Part shown: one piece after another, positions 30,768 through 39,726 of the stretch
Position numbering within the stretch: position 1 is the first letter of the stretch
Layout: each line of letters opens with the position of its first letter
Source of the DNA: a virus
DNA: 64,000 bases
Direction: 5' to 3' (one strand)
IMG/VR virus record: IMGVR_UViG_3300037234_000551
Location: 1-64,000 of that record
Notes under the pieces: model-generated
Seen by the model: the letters and a program-made list of their open reading frames with translations, nothing else
What the model was told of the DNA's origin: nothing
The model's database searches: none
Translations under genes and position numbers: made by a program

Positions 30768-31166
30768 ATGGACAAAAAAGGTTTTAAAGTAGCAAAAGGA
30801 GTGATGTTAGTTGGTGAGTGGGATCATGCGGTTATGTATCGAGTTGCGTGTGATTGCAAAGACCCTGAGCACGATGTCACGATTGACATGGAATTTGACA
30901 AAAGACTCGGTATGATATTTCTACAGCTTCATAAGGACGTTGAGTATTGTCATTATGATATTGATGCTTCAGCATCCGAGAAGCTTAGAAATTATTGGAG
31001 AACTATAAAGGCGGCCTTTAGGTTAGTCTTTACAGGATATCTCAAAACTAGCACAGAGTTTCTGTTACAAGATTTGGATCATATAGACTCCTTCATTGCA
31101 GCACTTATGAGAGGGAGAACATTTTGTGCTGAGAAACTTGAGGAATTTAAGAAGCAACAAGAGTAA
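30768..31166 (+). CDS. hypothetical phage protein
   Basis: CDC...H motif, 132 aa. Confidence 0.55.
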   Translation: MDKKGFKVAKGVMLVGEWDHAVMYRVACDCKDPEHDVTIDMEFDKRLGMIFLQLHKDVEYCHYDIDASASEKLRNYWRTIKAAFRLVFTGYLKTSTEFLLQDLDHIDSFIAALMRGRTFCAEKLEEFKKQQE

Positions 31167-31204
31167 AAAAAAGACCTGGGTAGCTGAGCTACCCGGGTCC
31201 TTTT
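31165..31204 (+). terminator. intrinsic (possibly bidirectional) terminator
   Basis: A-run, GACCTGGGTAGC-TGA-GCTACCCGGGTC, then CTTTT. Confidence 0.7.
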
Positions 31205-32149
31205 ATGAATTTTGAAGGAGATTTACAAATGAAAAAAAGTGAACTTTTTCCGGTTTTGATAGGTTACGTTTCCGATCTCCCTCCAAACACAATTTTGGAT
31301 ATAGAAGTTTTACACCGACTCCTTGCGGATAAACGTAGTCTTAACGTAAGGGTGTCTACTCTTAAACAGTATCTTACTCTTTTGGCGAACGCGGGATTTT
31401 CAGTTAAGAAGAAAAAAATTACTAGACAAAAACCAGTATACTTTGTGGTTGGAGAAGGCAACAACTGGCCTTTCAAACTCTCTTTTTCAGAAGTGAAGGA
31501 GTTATCAATAAAGAAAGGATCAGCAAATGTTGAACTAGTTGCCTCAAGGGAAGATCTTGGTAAACCCCTAATATCTATGTATAAGAAAACTGAATTTGAT
31601 AAACCAGACTCTGTACTTGAGGTCAAAGAAGAGAAGGAATCTCCTGAATGGCACGATATAGATTTTGAGCAGTTGACAGATGAGAATCTCAAAGAAATTC
31701 TTGTTTCGACTAAGATTAGTGAAAAGTCAATTGGAAGAATTCTTTGGCAGGTTCTAGCTGATACTTTTTCTAAAATTAACGAGATGATTTTTGCGCTTGC
31801 GAACTATGAGAAAGAGCTTTCAAGGATAAGAAAGTATAAGGCTGATTTAGAAAGACAGAAGTTAGCACTTGAGGGTGAGCGAACAAATTTAGAGAATCAA
31901 GTTGAGAATATGGAGCGAACATTATCTGCGTGTGAAAGCAGAATCAAAGATTTAGAAGAATTGAACACTCAAATAGGAAGTAATTTTCTTAAAGAAGAAG
32001 AGAACACCAAGAAGCTGGAGATCGAAGTTTCTCAGTTGCAAAGAGATAAAGAAATTCTGGACAAGAAACTTAGGACAGCATTAGGTAAGCCACAAAAATT
32101 TGCAACAATTGGGGAGTTTATGCAAGCTAAGGAAGCTAAGGGAGGTTAG
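31205..32149 (+). CDS. winged-helix-like plus coiled-coil protein
   Basis: TLKQYLTLLANAGFSVKK segment and coiled-coil tail ending TIGEFMQAK; paralog of 13585..15183. Confidence 0.55.
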   Translation: MNFEGDLQMKKSELFPVLIGYVSDLPPNTILDIEVLHRLLADKRSLNVRVSTLKQYLTLLANAGFSVKKKKITRQKPVYFVVGEGNNWPFKLSFSEVKELSIKKGSANVELVASREDLGKPLISMYKKTEFDKPDSVLEVKEEKESPEWHDIDFEQLTDENLKEILVSTKISEKSIGRILWQVLADTFSKINEMIFALANYEKELSRIRKYKADLERQKLALEGERTNLENQVENMERTLSACESRIKDLEELNTQIGSNFLKEEENTKKLEIEVSQLQRDKEILDKKLRTALGKPQKFATIGEFMQAKEAKGG

Positions 32150-33958
32150 ATGGCAAAAAAGTATACCTCATCTGAAGTTAAGGTCCTCGATGAAGTCACC
32201 CATATACGCTTGAATCCTGGTATGTATATTGGGGAGACGGCAACCCCTGTCCATTTAATTGAGGAAGCATTAGACAATAGCCTTGATGAATGCTTGGCAG
32301 GGTTTGCCAGCGTCGTGGCAATAAATCTAGATACTAAAAATCATATCTATCAAGTGATAGACAATGGTAGAGGAATTCCGATTAGCAAGGATATTCCTAG
32401 ACTAATTTCAAGTAAACTTTTCTCTGGTGCAAAATTCCAGGGAATAAAAACAGCATACGATATTTGCAGCGGACGTCATGGTGTTGGTCTGGTTGCAATA
32501 AATGCTCTCAGTGATTTATACAAAATTGAGATATATAGAAATAGTAAGAGAGCATTGTTTGAGTTTGAAAATGCTAAGTTTCGAAGAAAAGAAATCAAGA
32601 AGTTTAGTGATCAGAAACCTTTTTCCACAATGATTCAATTCAGACCAGATAAGACGATATTTGAAAACTTGGTTCCAGACATCCAAAGAATCAGAAATCG
32701 TCTACTAATTGCTTCAGTCGAGTTACCAAAGTGTACATTTGCTTTGAGTGTAGACGGAAATCGTGAAGTTATTAAATTAGACATGCAAGAATACTTTATG
32801 AACTATTGTCTAAAGGATTCTGATAAAGAGATCTCACCAATCATTGATATTAATCCTGATTTGAGACCAGAGAATTTCAAAGTTAAATTTTGTTTTTCTA
32901 GAAATGGAACAACAACACCAAAAGTTCATACATCTGTCAATCTCCTTCCTGTAGAAGGAGGAGGAAGTCACATAAATGTATTCTATGATATTCTGAAGGA
33001 TATGTTTATGTCGAGGGCGAAGAAATTTGGACTGAAATTTCAACCAAACGATTGTCTTTGTGGATTGAGAGCATACTTGAGTCTGTCTCTGAAGAATCCT
33101 GAGTTCTCAGGTCAAATAAAATATCGACTTACGAATACTAAGAATGATTTATTGAAATTGACGAATCCTCTTAAGCAGAAAATTGAGCAACATTTTGATA
33201 AGAACCAGAATTTGCTTGAGCTCCTGCTTGAGCAGTTTGAATTATATAGGAAGAAACTAGATTCAAAAAGATTGAGGACTTTTACAAATGGAAAAAGAGC
33301 GTCTACGAAATTTACTAAACTCCGTGATTGCACCGATTCTAAAGGTGAATTATTTATCGTGGAAGGAGATTCGGCTGGTGGGTCTTTTATCAGCTGTCGT
33401 GATCCTCGTAGGCATGCTATCTTTCCTTTACGAGGGAAAATCCCTTCTATCGTTGGGGCTAAAGATATACTTAAGAACAAAGAGGTAGGAGAATTAATTC
33501 AAGCATTAGGAACAGGAGTTGGACCTCACTTTGATATTAGTGGTCTGAAATATGAAAAGGTCATTTGTGCCACAGATGCGGATGAAGATGGGGGACATAT
33601 TTTCTGTCTTCTAACAATTATCCTTGCCAACTTGGTTCCAGATGTGATAAAAAATGGACACTACTATCTAGTCCAAACTCCACTGTATGCAATAACTGAA
33701 GGTAAACAATTTATCCCATTATGGACTGAAAAGCAAGTTGCGAAAGCAAGAGAAAAGAAAAAGAAGATTTCTCGTTTTAAAGGTCTTGGAGAATTGAATC
33801 CAGACCAGCTAAAAGTGTGTGCAATTAATGAAAAGACGAGGAAGTTAATTCCTATTAAATTTTCAGATAATTTAGGTAAAATAATGAAGTTATTTAGTGA
33901 TGTTAATACAAAGAGGAAATTACTGAACATGGAGGAAAAACATGACAAAGAAAGATGA
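32150..33958 (+). CDS. gyrB: type IIA topoisomerase subunit B (GyrB/ParE-like)
   Basis: HIRLNPGMYIG, EALDNSLDE, DNGRGIP, HGVG, EGDSAGG, PLRGK, TDADEDG, RFKGLGE. Confidence 0.93.
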   Translation: MAKKYTSSEVKVLDEVTHIRLNPGMYIGETATPVHLIEEALDNSLDECLAGFASVVAINLDTKNHIYQVIDNGRGIPISKDIPRLISSKLFSGAKFQGIKTAYDICSGRHGVGLVAINALSDLYKIEIYRNSKRALFEFENAKFRRKEIKKFSDQKPFSTMIQFRPDKTIFENLVPDIQRIRNRLLIASVELPKCTFALSVDGNREVIKLDMQEYFMNYCLKDSDKEISPIIDINPDLRPENFKVKFCFSRNGTTTPKVHTSVNLLPVEGGGSHINVFYDILKDMFMSRAKKFGLKFQPNDCLCGLRAYLSLSLKNPEFSGQIKYRLTNTKNDLLKLTNPLKQKIEQHFDKNQNLLELLLEQFELYRKKLDSKRLRTFTNGKRASTKFTKLRDCTDSKGELFIVEGDSAGGSFISCRDPRRHAIFPLRGKIPSIVGAKDILKNKEVGELIQALGTGVGPHFDISGLKYEKVICATDADEDGGHIFCLLTIILANLVPDVIKNGHYYLVQTPLYAITEGKQFIPLWTEKQVAKAREKKKKISRFKGLGELNPDQLKVCAINEKTRKLIPIKFSDNLGKIMKLFSDVNTKRKLLNMEEKHDKER

Positions 33959-34334
33959 GAGAGTTGATGTAAATAAAGAGATTGAGGTTCATGGAGTTCT
34001 ACCTGAAGATGATAGTCATATATTTATGGTGCATACGCATGGCATGGAAAAGTATGAACTTCCAAATCTTTTAGTTGAAGCTAGTGAGATCTTTACATAT
34101 GTAGCAACTTCCCTTTTAAACTCCATGTGTGATTGGTTGATAAATGATGTTAAAAAAGCTAACCTTGATAATGCCAAAAGCGATCCTGTTGTATTGCGCG
34201 GGTTGCCAAATATGGAGTTTATAGAAACAGTATATGATGGAGAAAAAGTATGGAAACTGACTCCAACTGAAAAAGTAGAGTGTGCCTGTTGTAATATTTC
34301 TGACGGTAAACCAGAAGGGGTAACCACACATTAG
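33942..34334 (+). CDS. hypothetical protein (HTHGM..Y..P motif, DUF4262-like)
   Basis: Lies between the topoisomerase subunits; HTHGMEKYELPNL. Confidence 0.5.
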   Translation: MTKKDERVDVNKEIEVHGVLPEDDSHIFMVHTHGMEKYELPNLLVEASEIFTYVATSLLNSMCDWLINDVKKANLDNAKSDPVVLRGLPNMEFIETVYDGEKVWKLTPTEKVECACCNISDGKPEGVTTH

Positions 34335-34342
34335 GGGTTAAG

Positions 34343-35668
34343 ATGGACAAGAATGTTCCAGACTTATATAGATCATATGGTCAATATGTGAACGCATTTC
34401 GAGCGTTCCCTTTAGACTTAGATGGGTTAAAACCTGTTGAGAGAAGAGTACTTTTATCAGCATATCAAATTGCAAGCGAAAGATTTGTCAAGAGCGCTAG
34501 AGTCGATGGTCATTGTCTCGGTCACTACCATCCTCACGGGACTTCCTATGGGACGATTGTTCAACTTGTTAGGCAGGGTTTCTTGAATGGGCAGGGTAGT
34601 TTTGGGGCCAATATAGGGGTTGAACCAACCCCTCCTGCTGCCATGAGATACACTGGTTGTAGATTATCAAAAACTACCAAGAACCTTGCCTTCAAGTTGA
34701 TCAAGTATGTTCCTTGGCAATTAGGAGAATTGGACGAGAAAGAACCATTATTTCTTCCAACAATGTTCCCTCTCTGTTTACTTGGAGAAGAGTATACTCA
34801 AGGTATAGGTTTTGGTTATAAAACATTCATTCCGTGTTTTAGAATTGAAGATCTATATAAGAGGTTATTATTTCTTCTTGGTCAGAGGAAGACAAAACCA
34901 ATTATTAAACCAATATCAGATTGTGCAATTGTTTCTTCAGACAAAGAAATTGAGAGTCTATTATTAACTGGTAAGGCTTCTATTTCTGTTAAAGGAGTTA
35001 GCATAGCACATCCAAAGGATCATTCAGTTATTTTAAGGTCGTGGCCTCCAGGTAGAAAGTTTGAGTCTCTACTCAATAGGTTTGCAGAGGAGAGGGAGAA
35101 TAATGATATTGGTTTTCAAGATCTCTCAACAGAAGAAACATATATTGTATTCAAAGTTTTGAAGCAGAGAAATAAAGATGCGATATACAATAAGTTTGTG
35201 AAAAAGTTAGACAAAGTGCTTACAGGCAATATCCCGTTTGAAATGATTGTTGTTGATTCTAATAGACAAGTTAGAGTAGCATCAGTTGATGAGTTGTTAC
35301 TAGGTAGCCATAAGATGTTTCTTAATTCAAATGTAGCAATGTTGGAGTCTGAGATATCTCGCTATCAAAACATAAGGAAGGAGTATTTAGTACTTCAAGC
35401 TATTAGACCGATTCTGTCTGAGCATCTGAAAGAAGAAATAAAGGATGTTAAACTGGTAATTGACGATATTTGCAAAAGGACTGATTTGAGCAAGAAAATG
35501 GTTACTAGTCTTTTTGCAAAGTATAGAATTAATAAACTTCTGAGTCTATCCATTGATATAGATGAGATAAATCAGGAGGTTACGAACTTGAAAGCAAATT
35601 TAGGTAATGCCTTTCAATTTTCATTAGATCAGTATGCGGAGGTCATGAATGGCAAACAAAAAAAATAA
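34343..35668 (+). CDS. gyrA: type IIA topoisomerase subunit A (GyrA/ParC-like, no C-terminal pinwheel)
   Basis: DGLKPVERRVL, KSARVDG, YHPHG, catalytic AAMRYT, GIGFG; only 441 aa. Confidence 0.9.
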   Translation: MDKNVPDLYRSYGQYVNAFRAFPLDLDGLKPVERRVLLSAYQIASERFVKSARVDGHCLGHYHPHGTSYGTIVQLVRQGFLNGQGSFGANIGVEPTPPAAMRYTGCRLSKTTKNLAFKLIKYVPWQLGELDEKEPLFLPTMFPLCLLGEEYTQGIGFGYKTFIPCFRIEDLYKRLLFLLGQRKTKPIIKPISDCAIVSSDKEIESLLLTGKASISVKGVSIAHPKDHSVILRSWPPGRKFESLLNRFAEERENNDIGFQDLSTEETYIVFKVLKQRNKDAIYNKFVKKLDKVLTGNIPFEMIVVDSNRQVRVASVDELLLGSHKMFLNSNVAMLESEISRYQNIRKEYLVLQAIRPILSEHLKEEIKDVKLVIDDICKRTDLSKKMVTSLFAKYRINKLLSLSIDIDEINQEVTNLKANLGNAFQFSLDQYAEVMNGKQKK

Positions 35669-36119
35669 ATTATCTAGATTGGTAGAAGCATTACCAGATC
35701 TCCTTCGTAGAGCAGAAGAACACAATGAAGATTGCCTCAATTGTAATGGTCGGGGCATAAGTTACAGAAAAATTGATATCTATGCTCCATGTTACAATTG
35801 CAGATCATCTGGAAGAGTTCCATTCGTGGACAATATTATTCCAAAGAACAATCCGCCTGACTTCGATGTGATGAGAGATATTGCTGAACGAAATGTCCAT
35901 ATACTTACTAGATTTATTAGAGAAGAATACGCTAAAATTGGAGTTGAGGTGGATATAAGGCTCAATTTTCCAAACCCAAATCGTGGTAGTATAGCAAGAC
36001 ATTGGGAGGAAAGAAATTTAGATAGGCCACCCTTTGGGGATATATATCCAGCGGATGGCAATCTTGAAGAGAAAATTATGCTTGAACCGCTAAGGGAGGA
36101 GAAGAAATGTACTCTGTAA
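35649..36119 (+). CDS. hypothetical protein with DnaJ-like CxxCxGxG Zn finger
   Basis: CLNCNGRG...CYNCRSSG. Confidence 0.55.
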   Translation: MANKKNKLSRLVEALPDLLRRAEEHNEDCLNCNGRGISYRKIDIYAPCYNCRSSGRVPFVDNIIPKNNPPDFDVMRDIAERNVHILTRFIREEYAKIGVEVDIRLNFPNPNRGSIARHWEERNLDRPPFGDIYPADGNLEEKIMLEPLREEKKCTL

Positions 36120-36526
36120 CTAAAACCTTCAGAGTTTCATGTGGTCATCGTTTGAGCAAACATCCAGGTCTCTGTAAGAATTTTCACGGTCACAATTTGA
36201 AAATTGAAGTTACTGTTTCAAGCAGAACTCTTGATGAAAACGGAATGGTAATTGACTTTTCAAGTTTGAAGAAAGAGATTGAGGGAATTGTTACTGACTG
36301 GGATCATGCGTTATTTCTTAATGTAAATGATATAGAGTGGGCTGAATTTATGAAACAGAAGGAGATGAAGGTAGTTATAGTTCCTGGAGAACCTACTGCT
36401 GAGAGAATGTGCTCTGAGTTATTTATTACATTGAGAGAGAAGATGAGAAGTCTAGAGAGACCTGTACACATAAAGAGAGTTAGGATTTGGGAAAACGATG
36501 ATTCAATGGCAGAGTATGAATCGTAA
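36107..36526 (+). CDS. queD: 6-carboxy-5,6,7,8-tetrahydropterin synthase (QueD/PTPS family)
   Basis: GHRL...CKNFHGHN, GMVIDF, WDHA, PTAE, WEN. Confidence 0.9.
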   Translation: MYSVTKTFRVSCGHRLSKHPGLCKNFHGHNLKIEVTVSSRTLDENGMVIDFSSLKKEIEGIVTDWDHALFLNVNDIEWAEFMKQKEMKVVIVPGEPTAERMCSELFITLREKMRSLERPVHIKRVRIWENDDSMAEYES

Positions 36527-37935
36527 TGTATACTTTAAAAAAGAGAGCAGGCATTGCAATACCAAGAACCTATGAGAATGATGCGTTTTATGTGAAAATG
36601 AGAGCTTCCTTAACAAGAAGGTCACTAGACTATCATCAAGAATCAATATTTGTAGTTCACAGGTTCTTCTTGGAGTCTGAGAAGTTTTTGACAGTTCCTA
36701 GGTTCTTCCCGATACATGAGTACATTTCAGACTGTCATATTGAAGACCACAGTCATGTGGGTGAGGATATTAAGATAGATCATAACATAAAGTTTCGAGA
36801 TGAGTTACAAGAAAATATGGTTAATCACATGCTTAGTTGTAATAATGCAACAATTCAAGCACCACCTGGATCTGGAAAGACTGTAGTTGCGCTGTATGTG
36901 ATTGCTATTAAGAAAAAGAAAACACTGATTCTAGTTCACAGAGACACTCTTGTTGATCAGTGGGCAGAACGTGCGCTAGAGCATACAAATATAAATAAAA
37001 ATGATATAGTAAGATTAACGTCGTCTAATTTCATTCACGCTCTCAAGAAACCCCTAATAATTACGACTGATCAGACGATGGTATCAATATTAAAGAGAAA
37101 TAGATATAACTTTCTAGTAGCATTGAATCAAGCAAACATTGGAATGTTTATTGCGGATGAGGTACATACTTCTGTTGGAGCTCCAAGATTTTCAGAGTGC
37201 TCCATGCACATGCCGGCTAGGTTGACTTATGGTCTAAGTGCGACTCCATATAGATATGACGGCAATGGAGATATTATCAATTACCACTTGGGCGAAACAT
37301 TCACACCTGAGGGTGAAGCATCTGTTATGGATGCAAAGGTTACAGTTGTTCTGTTTGATTCTGGAATGCTGAACAGAAGTTATAGATATATTTACTGGGG
37401 TGATAAGTTTCAAAGATCTAGATATTTGAGTCAATTAAAGAAATCAGAAGTTTTCATGTCTTTATGCAAGGGTCTCTTGACAAAATTTTCTGCTAATGGT
37501 AGGGAAGTTATATTCGTCTCTGAAAGAATTAAAATGATTGAGGAACTCTTCAAATGGTTGAAAGTTCCTAGCAAATCAATGTTTATTAGAAATGCAACAA
37601 ATGAGGAGTTGAAATTTCAAGTGACATTTGCAACTCCTGGTAAAGTAAGAGATGGAGTTGATATTCCTAAAAAAGACTGTTTGATTATGACAAGTCCAAT
37701 AAGAAACATTGAGCAAATATGTGGACGAGTTGTAAGGGAAGCAGATAATAAAAGTAGACCTGTAGTTGTAGACATGATTGATGTAGGAGTTTCAGAGATA
37801 CGAGAAACATATTATGGTCGATTGAGGTTTTATCGGGATAAGCAGTGGGAAGTAGACTACCTTATTGCATACTCCGATGGGCGAATAAATGAAATAGATG
37901 AACAAGTGGCAATCGAAATAATCCGGGGTGAGTGA
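36526..37935 (+). CDS. superfamily 2 DNA helicase (UvsW/XPB-like)
   Basis: APPGSGKT, DEVH, GLSATPYRYDG, GVDIP, QICGRVVR. Confidence 0.9.
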   Translation: MYTLKKRAGIAIPRTYENDAFYVKMRASLTRRSLDYHQESIFVVHRFFLESEKFLTVPRFFPIHEYISDCHIEDHSHVGEDIKIDHNIKFRDELQENMVNHMLSCNNATIQAPPGSGKTVVALYVIAIKKKKTLILVHRDTLVDQWAERALEHTNINKNDIVRLTSSNFIHALKKPLIITTDQTMVSILKRNRYNFLVALNQANIGMFIADEVHTSVGAPRFSECSMHMPARLTYGLSATPYRYDGNGDIINYHLGETFTPEGEASVMDAKVTVVLFDSGMLNRSYRYIYWGDKFQRSRYLSQLKKSEVFMSLCKGLLTKFSANGREVIFVSERIKMIEELFKWLKVPSKSMFIRNATNEELKFQVTFATPGKVRDGVDIPKKDCLIMTSPIRNIEQICGRVVREADNKSRPVVVDMIDVGVSEIRETYYGRLRFYRDKQWEVDYLIAYSDGRINEIDEQVAIEIIRGE

Positions 37936-38165
37936 TGAAACTATCAGTTGAAGAATATATAGATTATAGTCATTTATGTATACTAGAGACTCTTTTAGAA
38001 AAGAGTGTTGAGTTTCAACGACTAAACTTACCTTCAAGAGATGTGTTATTAGGAGAAGTGAAGGGTGAATTAAGGAGGTTCGATAAGTTGGACCGTGATA
38101 GGAGAATAGCCGCTACAAGGTCTGGAGAGAGTATGGCGCATAGGATCTATGGAACCTGGAGATGA
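37932..38165 (+). CDS. hypothetical protein
   Basis: 77-aa ORF overlapping the helicase stop. Confidence 0.45.
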   Translation: MMKLSVEEYIDYSHLCILETLLEKSVEFQRLNLPSRDVLLGEVKGELRRFDKLDRDRRIAATRSGESMAHRIYGTWR

Positions 38166-38168
38166 ATT

Positions 38169-39191
38169 ATGAAATTCGCATTGTCAGCAGATTGGCATTT
38201 TGCTGGTTATACTCAAGATAAGTTGATTGGTGGTCTACCTGAAAGATTGACGGTCTTGAAGGGTTGTATTGAGTCAATGCTAACACATTGTAAGGAGCAT
38301 GGGATTGATAGGGTTATTGTTGCTGGAGATATCCTTCATGGAAAATCAATTATTTATGCTCTTGCTCAATCAGTTTTGATAGACCTTTTCAATGCTTATT
38401 CGGATATAGAGTTCTTTCTGTTAGACGGTAATCATGACCTATCCGGAAAGGGTGAGGATGCAGTATCGGCACTAAGAGGTCTGGTTGCGTGTGATAATGT
38501 TATACTTATCGTAAAAGATTATTGGGAACATGATGGTGTTGCTTTTGTTCCCTACTCTTATAATATGGTAGATATTATTAAGCAGAACTCTTGTAAGTTT
38601 CTTATTTCCCATTTTGGATTGAATGAAGCTATATTAAATTCTGGAGTTAGTATAGTTTCGAAGATGGGTCTTAGAGACCTCGTTGGGAAATATGAATATG
38701 CTCTTCTTGGTCATTATCATTTGCCACAGGAGATGATCGCTAATGAAATTAAAGTATACTATGCAGGGTCTCCAATTCAATTAGATTGGGGTGAGAAGCA
38801 CGAGGAGAAAAGATTTCTGATTGTTGATACAGAAACTGAAACAATTGAATCTGTGCCAACCGTTGGTTATAAGCAGTATCACGAGTTTAAGATAACAAAT
38901 GAAAATCGAGATGAGATAATAGACAAGGCAAAGAAATTTCAAGCAATAGGTCATGAGGTTAGAATATTTCGTGATGATTTGGGAGTTGATATTGAACATA
39001 TTGCTGAAGAATTTCTCATCATTGACAAGGCCGAAAAAGATATTACTGATAGAGGCATTGAGTCTAGCATGTCTCTAGATGAAAAGTTTTCGAAGTACTT
39101 AGATATAAAAGGAGTTAAACCGGAAGATCAACCAAAGTATTTAGAGGTTGGTCTCCAGATTGTCGAAAGGGCAGCAAAGGAAACACAATGA
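38169..39191 (+). CDS. sbcD: SbcD/Mre11-like metallophosphoesterase nuclease subunit
   Basis: ADWH, AGDILH, GNHD, SH, GHYH, YAGSP..LDWGE. Confidence 0.9.
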   Translation: MKFALSADWHFAGYTQDKLIGGLPERLTVLKGCIESMLTHCKEHGIDRVIVAGDILHGKSIIYALAQSVLIDLFNAYSDIEFFLLDGNHDLSGKGEDAVSALRGLVACDNVILIVKDYWEHDGVAFVPYSYNMVDIIKQNSCKFLISHFGLNEAILNSGVSIVSKMGLRDLVGKYEYALLGHYHLPQEMIANEIKVYYAGSPIQLDWGEKHEEKRFLIVDTETETIESVPTVGYKQYHEFKITNENRDEIIDKAKKFQAIGHEVRIFRDDLGVDIEHIAEEFLIIDKAEKDITDRGIESSMSLDEKFSKYLDIKGVKPEDQPKYLEVGLQIVERAAKETQ

Positions 39192-39484
39192 CAAAAAAGA
39201 AGAAGGCAAACCTGTACAACCCAGCTAATGTTACAATAAAAGATCTCTTGGATTTAATGGTGACTCTTGCTGGTGGTCCTGTAGATGAGGAACTCACACT
39301 TAAGGAACAGGATGCAATGACTGCGGTTGCTGGAATGCTGATAAGATCTGGCTATCAAGTAACGAGATATTCTATCTTATCATATTTTGATTCTGATGAC
39401 TTTGATGGAATCGAGCAACACGCACAGGTATGGATAGAAAGATTATTTGGTTCAGTGCTATGGGTGGATGATGAGAAAAGTTAA
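39188..39484 (+). CDS. hypothetical protein
   Basis: 98-aa ORF, ATGA overlap. Confidence 0.5.
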   Translation: MTKKKKANLYNPANVTIKDLLDLMVTLAGGPVDEELTLKEQDAMTAVAGMLIRSGYQVTRYSILSYFDSDDFDGIEQHAQVWIERLFGSVLWVDDEKS

Positions 39485-39495
39485 ATGGAGAAATT

Positions 39496-39708
39496 ATGGA
39501 TGATAAACTTTATGATTTTCTGCTCAAATTACCAAGGGCAAACCTCATTCATTTGATGTGGTCCGCTTTGGACGAAATGCAACATTACAATGGTCAACCA
39601 AGAACCGCAGCGATTGTAAAGGCGCTGGATGCAAAAGAATTAAAAGACGGATGGAAATTGCCCACGCTCAAAAAAGTAAGGGAATCCACAGACAACATTG
39701 GTCTTTAA
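39496..39708 (+). CDS. hypothetical protein
   Basis: GGAG RBS, 70 aa. Confidence 0.5.
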   Translation: MDDKLYDFLLKLPRANLIHLMWSALDEMQHYNGQPRTAAIVKALDAKELKDGWKLPTLKKVRESTDNIGL

Positions 39709-39726
39709 GGAGCATTATGGTGGATA

